Shown here: one piece after another, positions 1 through 10,292 of the stretch
How the letters are laid out: the number at the start of each line of letters is the position of its first letter
Position numbering within the stretch: the first letter of the stretch is position 1
DNA from: Bacteriovoracaceae bacterium
GTDB taxonomy: Bacteria; Bdellovibrionota; Bacteriovoracia; Bacteriovoracales; Bacteriovoracaceae
Direction of reading: 5' to 3'
NCBI GenBank assembly: GCA_048270185.1
Contig: JBLWTJ010000001.1
Location: 704,001-768,000 of the forward strand
Length of the DNA: 64,000 nucleotides
Notes under the pieces: generated by a model
What the model saw: the letters and a program-made list of their open reading frames with translations, nothing else
Databases searched by the model: none
What the model was told of the DNA's origin: nothing
Made by a program: the position numbers and the translations under genes

Positions 1-778
1 TTTGATAAGCACGCTCAATTGCGCGATTAAAAATCTCTTCAAGATTTGATTCTTTAAAAGATTCTAATGCTTCATAAGTCACACCATTTTTTGAGGTAAC
101 GTTATTACGAAGAGTTTCGGCATCATCACTTTGAGAAAGCATGCGTCCGGCCCCCTCTATTGTACCTGCAATCATCTGATGTGCAAGGGCCCCATCAATT
201 CCGCGTGACTTCAAGTCTTGTATCAAGATACGTGCTATTTCGAAAAAGTAAGCCGGGCCTGAGCCAGAAAATGGTGTAATGATATCAACATCATCTTCAT
301 TATCAAAAACACAATTTGTACCCTGGGTATTAAAGGCCTGCCAGAAAGTATTCCACTTATCCTTATTAACTTCTTTTGTTTTATAAAGTGCATTCACTCC
401 AAGACCAACTTGTGCAGGAGTATTAGGCATAATACGAATGATCTGTTGAGTTCCAAAATTCTTTGAAAGCTTATCACAATCACTTCCTGCAAGAAGTGAG
501 ATAACACTAAGGTATGGATGTGTTAGAAAGTCGATTTCTCCAGCGACTTGCTCAAGTTGCTGTGGCTTAAAGCATGCCCATAGAAAATCAATATGAGTAT
601 TTCTTAATTCGTCTAAATCTTTAATCCAAGTAATTCCATTCTTTTGAGCAAAATCACGGGCCTTATCACCACTTGGTGTAAAAACCATAAACTCAGTATT
701 GTCAGACTCTTTGATGAAATTTGGAATGAGGGCCTGGGCCATATTCCCGGCCCCTAAAATTAGGTGACGATAAACCAT
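1..778 (-). CDS. proC: Pyrroline-5-carboxylate reductase (3' end runs off the window)
   Basis: Not in the ORF track; translated by hand from ATG at 778: MVYRHLILGAGNMAQAL (Rossmann), RIMPNTPA, SGSGPAYF, VTSKNGVT. Start overlaps the putA stop (TAATG). Confidence 0.9.
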   Translation of the reverse strand, partial: MVYRHLILGAGNMAQALIPNFIKESDNTEFMVFTPSGDKARDFAQKNGITWIKDLDELRNTHIDFLWACFKPQQLEQVAGEIDFLTHPYLSVISLLAGSDCDKLSKNFGTQQIIRIMPNTPAQVGLGVNALYKTKEVNKDKWNTFWQAFNTQGTNCVFDNEDDVDIITPFSGSGPAYFFEIARILIQDLKSRGIDGALAHQMIAGTIEGAGRMLSQSDDAETLRNNVTSKNGVTYEALESFKESNLEEIFNRAIERAYQ

Positions 779-3700
779 TATGAATCAAGCTCCATCGGTG
801 CACCATGCCTCATAATATTAACAGCATAACTTCGCTCACAAGAAAATAGATGGAAGAGATCAAAGAAATCCCCACCAATATTATCTTCAAGAGGAGAAAT
901 GAAAGTTGTCATCACAAATTGGCCATTCTTTTGTCCACAAAGATCGTTAAACTCTTTAATAGATTCAGTATCACCATCACAAATAACTACATCAAAATTC
1001 TCACTCAATAGAGAAATCATTTTATCTTTGCTAACAAAGTAACAATCAATATTCTTCTTAGAGAAGCGATTCTTTTTTAAGATATCAATCAGGTAGCTCC
1101 ACCAGTGATAGGCCTTGTTATTTGAACAAAGAACAGTAATACCAGTTCCCGTTGTTAAGGCCATAAGGACAGCAAAGAAAGTCTGCATATTAATCTCTTC
1201 AGATAAGCTCAAATACAGAGCACGGTCTTTATTGGCATCAAATACTGAGTAATTAATTTGCCCCGGGATATAGCGGTTATTACGGCCGTTATTTAGAATT
1301 TCTAAGTAATCGACTTCAAGCCACTTTTTAAGATCTTTTAGTGCGTGTCTTTCTTCCCCAAAAGTTCCTGGAAATAAAGGCCCGAAGTTACTGATAATTT
1401 CATCAAGAGCAGGAAGAATTTTTTCACGTCTTACAAAGTGATCTGAAGATGAGCTGCGAGATACAACAGGCTCATACTTACTTCCCTCTTCATAAATTGT
1501 CTGCCCTAGCTCAAGAGAGCTAATTTTAACAAAGAGACTTCTTAGATAGTCTGCACCACCGGCCTTAGGCCCTGTTCCAGACATTTTAAATCCACCAAAT
1601 GGTTCAATGGCAACTCGAGCTCCAGTAATGGGACGATTGATATAATTATTTCCGATTAACATTTTCTTAGTTAGGTAATCGATATCATCTTGTGACTGAG
1701 AGAAAACCCCACCAGTTAAACCGTACTCGACACTATTAAAGATATTAAGCGCATCATCATGATCATCATAGGCTACAATATGAATAACGGGAGCAAAGAG
1801 TTCACGTGAAGCAAAGCTTTCCTTTTCAAGAGCACGAGATTTAGGAAGCTCGATAATTGTAGGGCCAACACAGTAACCAGGAAGCTCTTCTTCTGAGCGA
1901 TTAACATGTACAACACCGTTGTATTGTTTTGCCTCTTCACAAGCTTCTTTAACTTGTGAAATAAGACGCTCTTTTTCCTCTTTAGTTACGAGCGGATTTA
2001 TAAAACTTGCAAAGTCAGTAGCTGGGCCAACATTAATATCAAGGGCCGCTTGCTTAAGACGTGCAACTAATTTGTCTTTAACTTCCTTATGGACAAGAAC
2101 ACGAGAACAGGCCGAACACTTCTGCCCAGCGTGAGCAAAAGCTGAATAAAGAATTCCTGAAACAGTCTCATCAAGCTCAGCATTATTTGTTACAATCACA
2201 GCGTTCTTACCACCCATTTCAGTAATAACACGAACTGGATATTTCTTATTACTTTGACGATTCTTATAAAGTCTCTTAGCACATGTTTTTGCAATGTGGA
2301 CACCAACCGGCTTTGAGCCTGTAAAGATAACTCCTGCAATTCGCTTATCTTCAATAAGGCGTTGCCCTACAACTTCACCAACACCAGGAAGATGAATCAG
2401 GGCATCTTTTGGAACACCAGCTTCATAGAAGAGATTAACTAACTCATTTGTAATGAGAGGCGTTTGTTCTGCTGGCTTTAGAATAACAGTTGAGCCAGTA
2501 AGGAGGGCCGACGCCGTCATTCCACATGGAATCGCTAGAGGAAAGTTCCAAGGCGCAATAATGGCAAATGGACCACGGGCCTCAAACTCACCTTCACTAC
2601 CTACCTCCTGGAGTTTTCTTATATAGAAATTTAAGAAGTCGATGGCCTCATCAACATCTGCGAGAGCTTCACCAATGGCCTTTCCTGACTCATGCATAAT
2701 AAGTGCTGAGTAGTAATTACGGCGCAGATACATAAGTTCTGCAGCGCGGGCCATGATACTTGCACGCTCAATCCAAGGCATTTGTGACCACGCACCTTCA
2801 TAGAATGATTTATCAACTGCCTCAAGAGCTTTTTCAGTATCCTCAATTGATGCAAATTGAATCTTGCCAACAATGGAAGTGCCGTCTGATGGGGAAAGTA
2901 TATCTTCATGACTTCCACTTAGAGTAAATTCTGTTTTAAACTCACCACCAATTTCATAGGCCTTAAATTCATCTCTAAAATACTTAAGTTCTTTTTCAAG
3001 ATAAGTTTTAAGAGGTGGACAATTGGCAAATTGGCCATGAACTTGCGTCAGTGTAGAATCAAGATTTAAAAGTCCATCTCTTTGGTTCTTTGCGTAAATC
3101 TCATTTGGAGACATAAGCTTGGCATTCTTCTTATGGCTTCTCATAATTGTAAGAACTCCAACTTGTGAAGAGTTCTCCATAATACGACGTACAAGGTAGG
3201 CCATTCCAACAATGAGAGATCCAATTGGAACGTAATTTCTTACGGCCCAGCCCATTTTCGCCATAGCAGTAGAAAGAGCTTCATAAGTCATGTGTAGACA
3301 CTGGTGTTCGATTTCATCAATTTGCTTATACTTTGTCTCTCTTAGAGCACTTGCAAAGGCATGATCAGAGAAATTATGTGAAGCTAGACATAATTTAATA
3401 TGTGGGAATGCTTCAAAGATTTCCGAAATAATTTGTCTAAAATTAATATCTGTTTCTTCTTTATTTAAGAATTCAGGAGCATTGTGACCATGGGCCTCAG
3501 CTTCGACGGTTTCAGCGTCCCAGTAAGCACCTTTTACAAGACGAATAGGCATTGTGTGACCACGCTCTTTTGCCAGAGAGATAACATCTTTTAAATGTTC
3601 GAAACAGTCACGAAGGTAAGCTTGAACAACAATCCCTGTATCAGCATAGTCACTAAGTTCAGGAGTTTCTAAAAGAACTTTCTTATATACTTCAAAGACA

Positions 3701-4890
3701 ATATCGCGATAATGATAGTGTTCAGCATCGATATTAATAAAGACTTGCTGCTCTTTTGCGGTCTTTAAAATTTTAATTAACCTTGGAGCAACTAGTCCGT
3801 AAGTATAGTCAAAAGCTTCAGGTTTAAAATCAGAGCAAAGTGCTGAAACTTTAATTGAAACGTGTGCTCTTAGAATACCTGCTTTGTTTCGACTTCCTGG
3901 ATTAATGTGCATACTAAAACCATTAACTAGTTTTAGAACTTCATTCATATAATTGTCAGCTTCGGCTTCAGAAACAACAAGCTCCCCTAACTGATCAAGA
4001 GTAACATCACGTCCTGTATCAAAGATTGCACTAAAATTCTTTTCAGCACTTTCAATTGTCTCGCCCGCAATAAAACGCTTTGCCATAAAGCGAACCTTGA
4101 AACGCACAATACTTGCCAATGCTTTGGCCGGAAATGCTTTAACGATTAGAAGAACGAAATAAAATAGAACAACTAATTGAGGAGGTAGAGCTTGTCTGTC
4201 TCCTTTAAGATTTAAACGTCTTGCTTTCTTAGAATCTAGAATCAGTCTTCTTAGAGATTCACGAAGAATTCTTTTAACTTCAACTCCTTCAACATCATGA
4301 TCAAGAGAAGGTAGAATCGCTAAAAACTTTAATAAGTGGATTCTAAGTAGAGCGTAATTGGCCGTAAGACCTAGCGCAAAGTCTGAAATCTTTTCAAAGA
4401 AAACAGGTTTGTAAGAATTTAAATATGAAACCAGCTTCTTTGTAATTGTTTCTGACATTGCTGAAACTTCACTATCTTCAATATCAGCTAGTTTCTTAAG
4501 AGAATACTTCTTTGTCACAATATGGCTAACACCTGGAAAATCAGATATTTTCACACTCATAACTTTACTAATGTGATTCTTAAACTTCTTATAGTCTTCA
4601 CTCTCCTCTCCATTGTAATTATCGAGAAGGAAAATTTCATTGGCGAGTTTAACGTTACACAGCCTTAGTACTTTTTCATCGTTGTCGATACCAAGCATCA
4701 GTTGAATGCCACCAAGGGCAATTTGATATTTGAATGAAGTTTCAAATTGAGTCCAAAAAAGGAGTTCTTTTAGAACTTCACTTTTTATTTCTTCTGAGTT
4801 TTCATTAAAAATTAAGGGCGAAAAATGCTCATAGAAATCAAGACTGTATTCTTCATTAAGCTTGATTCTTTTGATGATCGAAATCTTCAC
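778..4890 (-). CDS. putA: Bifunctional proline dehydrogenase / P5C dehydrogenase
   Basis: PRODH motifs RLVKGAYWD, ASHN, YLVRRIMENSS; ALDH motifs IAPWNFPLAI, FTGS, EMGGKN, GQKCSAC, PFGGFKMSG. Probable GTG start at 4890 after GGAG (ORF track starts at 4923). Confidence 0.93.
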   Translation of the reverse strand: MKISIIKRIKLNEEYSLDFYEHFSPLIFNENSEEIKSEVLKELLFWTQFETSFKYQIALGGIQLMLGIDNDEKVLRLCNVKLANEIFLLDNYNGEESEDYKKFKNHISKVMSVKISDFPGVSHIVTKKYSLKKLADIEDSEVSAMSETITKKLVSYLNSYKPVFFEKISDFALGLTANYALLRIHLLKFLAILPSLDHDVEGVEVKRILRESLRRLILDSKKARRLNLKGDRQALPPQLVVLFYFVLLIVKAFPAKALASIVRFKVRFMAKRFIAGETIESAEKNFSAIFDTGRDVTLDQLGELVVSEAEADNYMNEVLKLVNGFSMHINPGSRNKAGILRAHVSIKVSALCSDFKPEAFDYTYGLVAPRLIKILKTAKEQQVFINIDAEHYHYRDIVFEVYKKVLLETPELSDYADTGIVVQAYLRDCFEHLKDVISLAKERGHTMPIRLVKGAYWDAETVEAEAHGHNAPEFLNKEETDINFRQIISEIFEAFPHIKLCLASHNFSDHAFASALRETKYKQIDEIEHQCLHMTYEALSTAMAKMGWAVRNYVPIGSLIVGMAYLVRRIMENSSQVGVLTIMRSHKKNAKLMSPNEIYAKNQRDGLLNLDSTLTQVHGQFANCPPLKTYLEKELKYFRDEFKAYEIGGEFKTEFTLSGSHEDILSPSDGTSIVGKIQFASIEDTEKALEAVDKSFYEGAWSQMPWIERASIMARAAELMYLRRNYYSALIMHESGKAIGEALADVDEAIDFLNFYIRKLQEVGSEGEFEARGPFAIIAPWNFPLAIPCGMTASALLTGSTVILKPAEQTPLITNELVNLFYEAGVPKDALIHLPGVGEVVGQRLIEDKRIAGVIFTGSKPVGVHIAKTCAKRLYKNRQSNKKYPVRVITEMGGKNAVIVTNNAELDETVSGILYSAFAHAGQKCSACSRVLVHKEVKDKLVARLKQAALDINVGPATDFASFINPLVTKEEKERLISQVKEACEEAKQYNGVVHVNRSEEELPGYCVGPTIIELPKSRALEKESFASRELFAPVIHIVAYDDHDDALNIFNSVEYGLTGGVFSQSQDDIDYLTKKMLIGNNYINRPITGARVAIEPFGGFKMSGTGPKAGGADYLRSLFVKISSLELGQTIYEEGSKYEPVVSRSSSSDHFVRREKILPALDEIISNFGPLFPGTFGEERHALKDLKKWLEVDYLEILNNGRNNRYIPGQINYSVFDANKDRALYLSLSEEINMQTFFAVLMALTTGTGITVLCSNNKAYHWWSYLIDILKKNRFSKKNIDCYFVSKDKMISLLSENFDVVICDGDTESIKEFNDLCGQKNGQFVMTTFISPLEDNIGGDFFDLFHLFSCERSYAVNIMRHGAPMELDS

Positions 4891-5060
4891 TAATACTCCA
4901 TAAAAACGCCATTTGGCGCGCAATTGTTTAACGGCCGTTATAATAAACTAAAGAGAATGTTTAAAAAACAAAAATAAACCTTACTTCAAGTAAATAACTC
5001 TACGCACAAGATAATAAAAAATTACTTTTGAAAAGGTGCTAAATTTGCGAAAATAACTCT

Positions 5061-5444
5061 ATGAACGAAGAAATTGTCTTCATCGATGATGATGAGAATA
5101 TTGCTGAATTATTTGCCATGACTCTTACTGCAAAGGGCCATAAGACTCTGCCTATTAGTGGTGAGGGTGAAGTGGACAAATACTTCAACCAGGCCAGTGA
5201 TAAACTTAAGATCGTCATTGCCGACAAGAATATGCCAGTCATAGGTGGTGCAGAAATTGTGCGTCGTTTTGAACAAGGCCCAAAGGCCGGAAGTCTCAAC
5301 TATATCATCATCTCAGGAGATGAAGAGTTAGAAAATGACGATATCTCAGATCTCGTCCACTTTATCAGAAAACCATTCAAGAAAGAGACACTCTTCTCTC
5401 TCATTGATCAGATTCACTCCAGTGACCAGGGGAAAGCATCTTAA
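5061..5444 (+). CDS. Single-domain response regulator (CheY-like receiver)
   Basis: FIDDDE acidic pocket, IADKNMP phospho-Asp, IISG, RKPF. Confidence 0.88.
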   Translation: MNEEIVFIDDDENIAELFAMTLTAKGHKTLPISGEGEVDKYFNQASDKLKIVIADKNMPVIGGAEIVRRFEQGPKAGSLNYIIISGDEELENDDISDLVHFIRKPFKKETLFSLIDQIHSSDQGKAS

Positions 5445-6571
5445 TGAGATTTTTGTTTATTCTGGTTGCGCTTACGCTTTCATTTAATTCATTTGCTGTT
5501 CGATATACTATTGAAGACCTCAAGGTTCTTCATAGTGAGAAGTCATATAATGAATATATGAAGCACTACCTCGATGTCCGTCCTTCAAAGAGAGACTTTG
5601 ATTGGAAGAGAATGACGAGAGAAATGGCCACTGCATATGCGGATAATCTCATTGCCAAAAACCAAATTAATGAGAAAAATTTTAAGGCCCTGACTAAATT
5701 TATTGAGAATAAAAACCTTAAGGCTTATGCGTTTTTTACTCTTTCTTATTCAAAGTATGCCAATCTCTACTTCAAGAAGTGTCCTCATTGCAAGAGTGAC
5801 CTCGAGGTCTTTATCTCCCATTCTGCTCGCTACCCTGATATTGACTTTGAAATCTATAAGAGCTTAACAACTAAGCTACAAGACCAGTATGACGTCCTCG
5901 TGAAGGCTCCACTATTGAGTAATGATTCAATCTACTACTGCAAAGAAGCCCAAGGACAAAGTGCACTTTTAAGTATTTTAATTAAAGAGATTTCACGTAT
6001 TGATACAAAGGATGCAATAAAAGAGAAGGCAAAGAAAATCTTCAACCCAGATTGTTTAAACGGAATTAGTAAAGAAGATATAGCTAATCTACTTGCTCAA
6101 GGCGACTATAGTAGTGAAATTGCTTTTTTAACATTTAATGCTTTCGATAAATTAGACGTGACAACTAAGAATACATATCTTGCCTCTTATCTTCTTAATA
6201 ATCCAATTCCTGGTCCAATTATGAATATGGCATGGAATGAAATTGAAGCATTATCGGCCGACTATAATAAACGCATGGCCGTTTTTAGCGTTTTAAAGCA
6301 AAGGCATCCTCTAACTGGTGAAATCTTTCACCGTCGAAATGGCAAGGCCTCCGAAAAATCACAAGTCATTATCAAGAGGTTTGCTAAGAACTTCCCAGAA
6401 TATATTAATTTCTACGCTCAAACTTGCCTAAGTTTCTATCAGGGCTCAAAAACCTACCCTCGCGGAAATCCGGCCCTTCATTGTGATGATTTCATGAGCG
6501 AGGAAGTTGCAGGTCCATGGCTAAGTGATGAAATACGCTTAAACTACTCAGGTGTTAAGAAAATCAAATAG
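5444..6571 (+). CDS. Secreted hypothetical protein, helical and Cys-containing
   Basis: 375-aa ORF; signal peptide MRFLFILVALTLSFNSFA; TAATG overlap with the receiver gene. Confidence 0.7.
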   Translation: MRFLFILVALTLSFNSFAVRYTIEDLKVLHSEKSYNEYMKHYLDVRPSKRDFDWKRMTREMATAYADNLIAKNQINEKNFKALTKFIENKNLKAYAFFTLSYSKYANLYFKKCPHCKSDLEVFISHSARYPDIDFEIYKSLTTKLQDQYDVLVKAPLLSNDSIYYCKEAQGQSALLSILIKEISRIDTKDAIKEKAKKIFNPDCLNGISKEDIANLLAQGDYSSEIAFLTFNAFDKLDVTTKNTYLASYLLNNPIPGPIMNMAWNEIEALSADYNKRMAVFSVLKQRHPLTGEIFHRRNGKASEKSQVIIKRFAKNFPEYINFYAQTCLSFYQGSKTYPRGNPALHCDDFMSEEVAGPWLSDEIRLNYSGVKKIK

Positions 6572-6674
6572 TTACACCTGATAATAAATACAACGCACCT
6601 AGTTATCACTTGCCGATTAAATTCAACTATGGGACTATGACGTATCAATAAATAAATCTTAGGGAAAGTATATT

Positions 6675-7286
6675 ATGATCAAACAACTAATCGCTCTTAT
6701 TTGCCTAATTTCAATGTCACCGCTTTTAGCGCATGACGCTGTAAATGATGGAAATGATACTCCACAGGAGTGTCTAGTTTTAACACAAGAGAAATTAATT
6801 GGTCTGACTAGTAAGCCAGACAATGAGCTAGTTTTCATCTCTAATAAGTGCTCTTATGCAGACTTTGCAAAAGAGCTTAAAGAAAAACTTCAAAGTGCTC
6901 TTTTAAAAGAAAAGAAGGGTCGCCTTCAACTTCTACTTAAAGACGAAAAAATCAATATCATCATGGATACACTGGCGACAGACCATATGGGCTCAACTCG
7001 TTTTTCATATGAAGATACAAAGAAGATTGAAGATTTCTACACTTCCACTAAGGCCGATACTCTAAAGCAATCAGGAAGTTTTGAAGCATTTGATGATGAA
7101 ATTAGTAATGATTTCTATCTAGTACTCTTCTATACAGCTGAAAAAGATAAGTTAATCGTGATCTACAAAAGGCTTACTGAAGTTTTGGATATTCCAACTG
7201 AACCAACTGAACCAACTGATCCGGCTGAACCGACTGATCCAACAGATGGTTCAGATGACTCCGGTGACGTACAAGAATTACTATAA
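6675..7286 (+). CDS. Secreted hypothetical protein with C-terminal PT(E/D) tail
   Basis: Signal peptide; AGGGA RBS; C-terminal PTEPTEPTDPAEPTDPTD. Confidence 0.7.
   Translation: MIKQLIALICLISMSPLLAHDAVNDGNDTPQECLVLTQEKLIGLTSKPDNELVFISNKCSYADFAKELKEKLQSALLKEKKGRLQLLLKDEKINIIMDTLATDHMGSTRFSYEDTKKIEDFYTSTKADTLKQSGSFEAFDDEISNDFYLVLFYTAEKDKLIVIYKRLTEVLDIPTEPTEPTDPAEPTDPTDGSDDSGDVQELL
7193..7246 (+). repeat. 9-bp tandem repeat encoding (P-T/A-E/D)x6
   Basis: ccaactgaa ccaactgaa ccaactgat ccggctgaa ccgactgat ccaacagat. Confidence 0.75.
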
Positions 7287-9482
7287 GATTAAAAATTTCT
7301 TAGCATATAAGCTAGCAGCAAGGTCCGCATTCTTGCTGCTACGATTTTCAATTCGATAGCCAACAAAAACTCTCTTACCACGACGATAACGATACGCTGG
7401 AACCAGCTTAACAAATTTCTTCATATCACCTTTATAGATAATAAACTCATCTCCAGGCTTAATATCTTTAGCTGTAATTAAGAGCGAGCCAAGATCAATA
7501 CTATCAATATCTGCCTTAACTTTAATCTTCTTAATCTCATCACTCTTACTTGCAATACTTCGCCCTTGATCTTTTTGGTATTCAAGGCCATTAAACATCT
7601 TTGAAATTTCAGATGCATCAGGGTGGTTTGTAATTGATGATGGAAGAGTTGCACCAGAGCTTTCAAGAGTATTTAAATCAATATTTGGAGCGGAACGTCC
7701 TGTGATATCCACAACTGTTGCTTGTTTCTCTGGTGGTGCGAAAGTCGAACTCCCTGTTCCACCAGAACCACCTGCGCCGCCAAAACCTTGACCAGCACCA
7801 GCTCCTCCTCCACTACTTGCGTAATTTGCAGGAAAATCATTTCCAGAGGCCGTTGATCTCGAACCTTGTCCAAAACCACCAATAGGCTCTAGCGTTTCAG
7901 CATCATAACGCTGATACTTTGCTGCATTGGCCGCGGCCAATTTATCTGCTGCTTCTTTCTTTTTGCGATCTCTTTCGGCAAGGGCCTCTTCAAGCGAGGT
8001 TCCTGCCTTGCGAAGTGCTTTTATTGATTCAACAATTTCTTTTGCTTGCTTTGATACTTTGCGATTTGAGCGAGAACCCATTTGCAGAGTTCCACGACGA
8101 ATCGGTGCTTCAGTCTGCGTTAATTGTTGTGGTTGTTGAGTAGCCTGCGGTGCTTGCTGATGCTGCTGACTTCCACGCATGGCCATATTATTCTTAGGCT
8201 GAGGCTTCATCTTCGCCTGAGTTTCATTTACAGGACTTACTTGTGAAGTTTCTTTCTTTGCAATAACTTTTGCTTGAGGTTGTTGCGTTTTTTCATTAGG
8301 CACCTCTTCTCCAAAGAATTGGTTAACAAGTGAACCTTGGAAATTTGTTGGTGCCACATAAGAGTAGGCCACAACTTTTTCGTACTCTTCTTCACTTAGG
8401 TTGGCCTTAAGATAGGCCTTGTCCTCATCTGATAATGCCTTTGTTGTTGAGTTCTTGACAACCTTATCAACGAGTAATTCCTTTAAGAATTTACATTCTT
8501 CATTACCATTTTCTTTATCACTACAATTTAATCTTTCAAGTTCCGCCATGGCAGCATCGATATCCATTTTGCAGCCATGAATTGTATAAGGAGCTTTATC
8601 TTCACAGACTTTATTACAGACTGCGGAAGTATCTAACTCTCTTTTATTTTTATATGTTTGAGAAAGTAGTTGGAGAATATTTGTAAATTTAATATCCTTT
8701 GAAATCTTATGATCGATGATCTTACAATAGTAATTATAATTATCCACGATTTGTGGATTTGAAAGAGCATCCATTTCAAATTTATCTTTATCCGAAAACT
8801 CTAGAGGCTCTTGATTACATAGCACATCGACTTTCTGATTAAATTCCTCACACAAACTTCCAAGCATTTTTTCAACTTCATCTCGTGGTGTTTCACTCGT
8901 AACACTTTCAGCAAGATTTAGTTCAGGATTAAATAGAGAAGAGCATGAATTGGTCTTATATGAAGCGATAGTTGAATTCTTTAAGTCACTTCCTTCATAT
9001 AATTCTTTGTATTCTTTTTTTAGTTCCACAACGGCACTATCAAGGCCATTTTTAAAGTCATTATCAGGAAACATCTCTTTTAATGTATCACTCTTACAAC
9101 TGGCCTCGAGTACACCTTGTAGGTTACAACTTGCCGTAAGATCATTCTTCCCATAGCGGCTATTGACCTGATTAACGTAATTAGCAAATTCAAAAATTTC
9201 ACCTTTAATCTTAAGACCGATATTTCGGCGGACAATCCTTCGACTCTTGTCAAAGTCAGTATTCTTATCCTGTGCAATACATTCACAATATTGATCAGTT
9301 GAAGGCATATAATCATATTTTTCAACACAAGTTGCACCAACTCTCACCTTAATATCATCAGTAAGACTAGTTGCAAGTTGTTCAATAGTATTATTATTAA
9401 ATATGGCCGTAATACCGCGCAAGCATTCAGCATGAGTGTTCGTAGTTAGAAAGGTTAATAGAAGAAATATTTTAAAATTCAT
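7281..9482 (-). CDS. Secreted Cys-rich hypothetical protein (RSIAS family)
   Basis: Signal peptide ending THA; many Cys incl. YCECI; Q-rich and G/S-rich linkers; GRSIAS motif near the C-terminus. Confidence 0.75.
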   Translation of the reverse strand: MNFKIFLLLTFLTTNTHAECLRGITAIFNNNTIEQLATSLTDDIKVRVGATCVEKYDYMPSTDQYCECIAQDKNTDFDKSRRIVRRNIGLKIKGEIFEFANYVNQVNSRYGKNDLTASCNLQGVLEASCKSDTLKEMFPDNDFKNGLDSAVVELKKEYKELYEGSDLKNSTIASYKTNSCSSLFNPELNLAESVTSETPRDEVEKMLGSLCEEFNQKVDVLCNQEPLEFSDKDKFEMDALSNPQIVDNYNYYCKIIDHKISKDIKFTNILQLLSQTYKNKRELDTSAVCNKVCEDKAPYTIHGCKMDIDAAMAELERLNCSDKENGNEECKFLKELLVDKVVKNSTTKALSDEDKAYLKANLSEEEYEKVVAYSYVAPTNFQGSLVNQFFGEEVPNEKTQQPQAKVIAKKETSQVSPVNETQAKMKPQPKNNMAMRGSQQHQQAPQATQQPQQLTQTEAPIRRGTLQMGSRSNRKVSKQAKEIVESIKALRKAGTSLEEALAERDRKKKEAADKLAAANAAKYQRYDAETLEPIGGFGQGSRSTASGNDFPANYASSGGGAGAGQGFGGAGGSGGTGSSTFAPPEKQATVVDITGRSAPNIDLNTLESSGATLPSSITNHPDASEISKMFNGLEYQKDQGRSIASKSDEIKKIKVKADIDSIDLGSLLITAKDIKPGDEFIIYKGDMKKFVKLVPAYRYRRGKRVFVGYRIENRSSKNADLAASLYAKKFLIL

Positions 9483-9496
9483 TAATAATATTCTTC

Positions 9497-10198
9497 CTAT
9501 GGCATTGGCAGTGTTATTGGCATATCAGGTTCTTCTTTCTTAATTTGGTCAAGTGTCTTCTTTGGATACTTGGTAATATATCGTGGGTGCTTAAGTCTTT
9601 TAACGATAGGAAGGTACTCCATTTGAAATCTTTTCGATTTAGGGTAATGTTTAGCAAGATGATCATAGACAATATACATTGGTCCTTCATACATCTTCCC
9701 TTCACGCCAAATACGGACAAATGCATTTGGATCAGCACCATCAAATAAAGGCTTCATGATATCCCCAAACATCAATCCTATATCATCAAGACTTGTTAAG
9801 TGGTCAAACATATTCTTAGCATAGCCCCAACACCCCATTGTTAGCATATACTTAAAGAAGAAGTCCGTCTCATCTCCGTCTTTATATTTTTCCGTAATAT
9901 TTTCTCGAACATCTTTAAAGAATGGGTCCGTAGGATTAGCTCTTGCATAGAATTCACAAACTGTTTTCATATCAGGACTAAGGATTTCTCTTATATTATC
10001 TGGCAGCTTTGGGTAATCATAAGAAGAATAAATTCCCCCCACATTCTGTGCTCCAACACTTGCAAGCTTACGCACATTCTCCACATTCTTTTGATCAAGA
10101 GTTTCGAGGTTTCCCCCCTCACAATCAACAGAATTGGCCGTTTGGGCCTGAGCAAAAGCAGTGTTAAAGATGAATAATAAGCAAATGAATCTTTTCAT
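9497..10198 (-). CDS. Secreted hypothetical protein
   Basis: Signal peptide MKRFICLLFIFNTAFA; AAGGA RBS; 14 bp upstream of the 733-aa gene. Confidence 0.72.
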   Translation of the reverse strand: MKRFICLLFIFNTAFAQAQTANSVDCEGGNLETLDQKNVENVRKLASVGAQNVGGIYSSYDYPKLPDNIREILSPDMKTVCEFYARANPTDPFFKDVRENITEKYKDGDETDFFFKYMLTMGCWGYAKNMFDHLTSLDDIGLMFGDIMKPLFDGADPNAFVRIWREGKMYEGPMYIVYDHLAKHYPKSKRFQMEYLPIVKRLKHPRYITKYPKKTLDQIKKEEPDMPITLPMP

Positions 10199-10217
10199 AA
10201 TATAATCCTTTGAAATC

Positions 10218-10244
10218 TCATCGGATTATAAGTCTATGACTTTA
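10218..10244 (-). promoter_or_regulatory. Sigma28 (FliA)-type promoter
   Basis: Minus strand TAAA-N15-TCCGATGA versus consensus TAAA-N15-GCCGATAA. Confidence 0.7.
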
Positions 10245-10292
10245 GAGGGAAAATTAAAGAATCTAAATAAATTCAATTATTTATTTGATATT

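Noticed and set aside
6593..6638. GCCGATTA as a sigma28 -10 element upstream of 6675
   Set aside because: No TAAA-like -35 at 15 bp; TTGCCG-N17-GACTAT fits a sigma70 promoter better.
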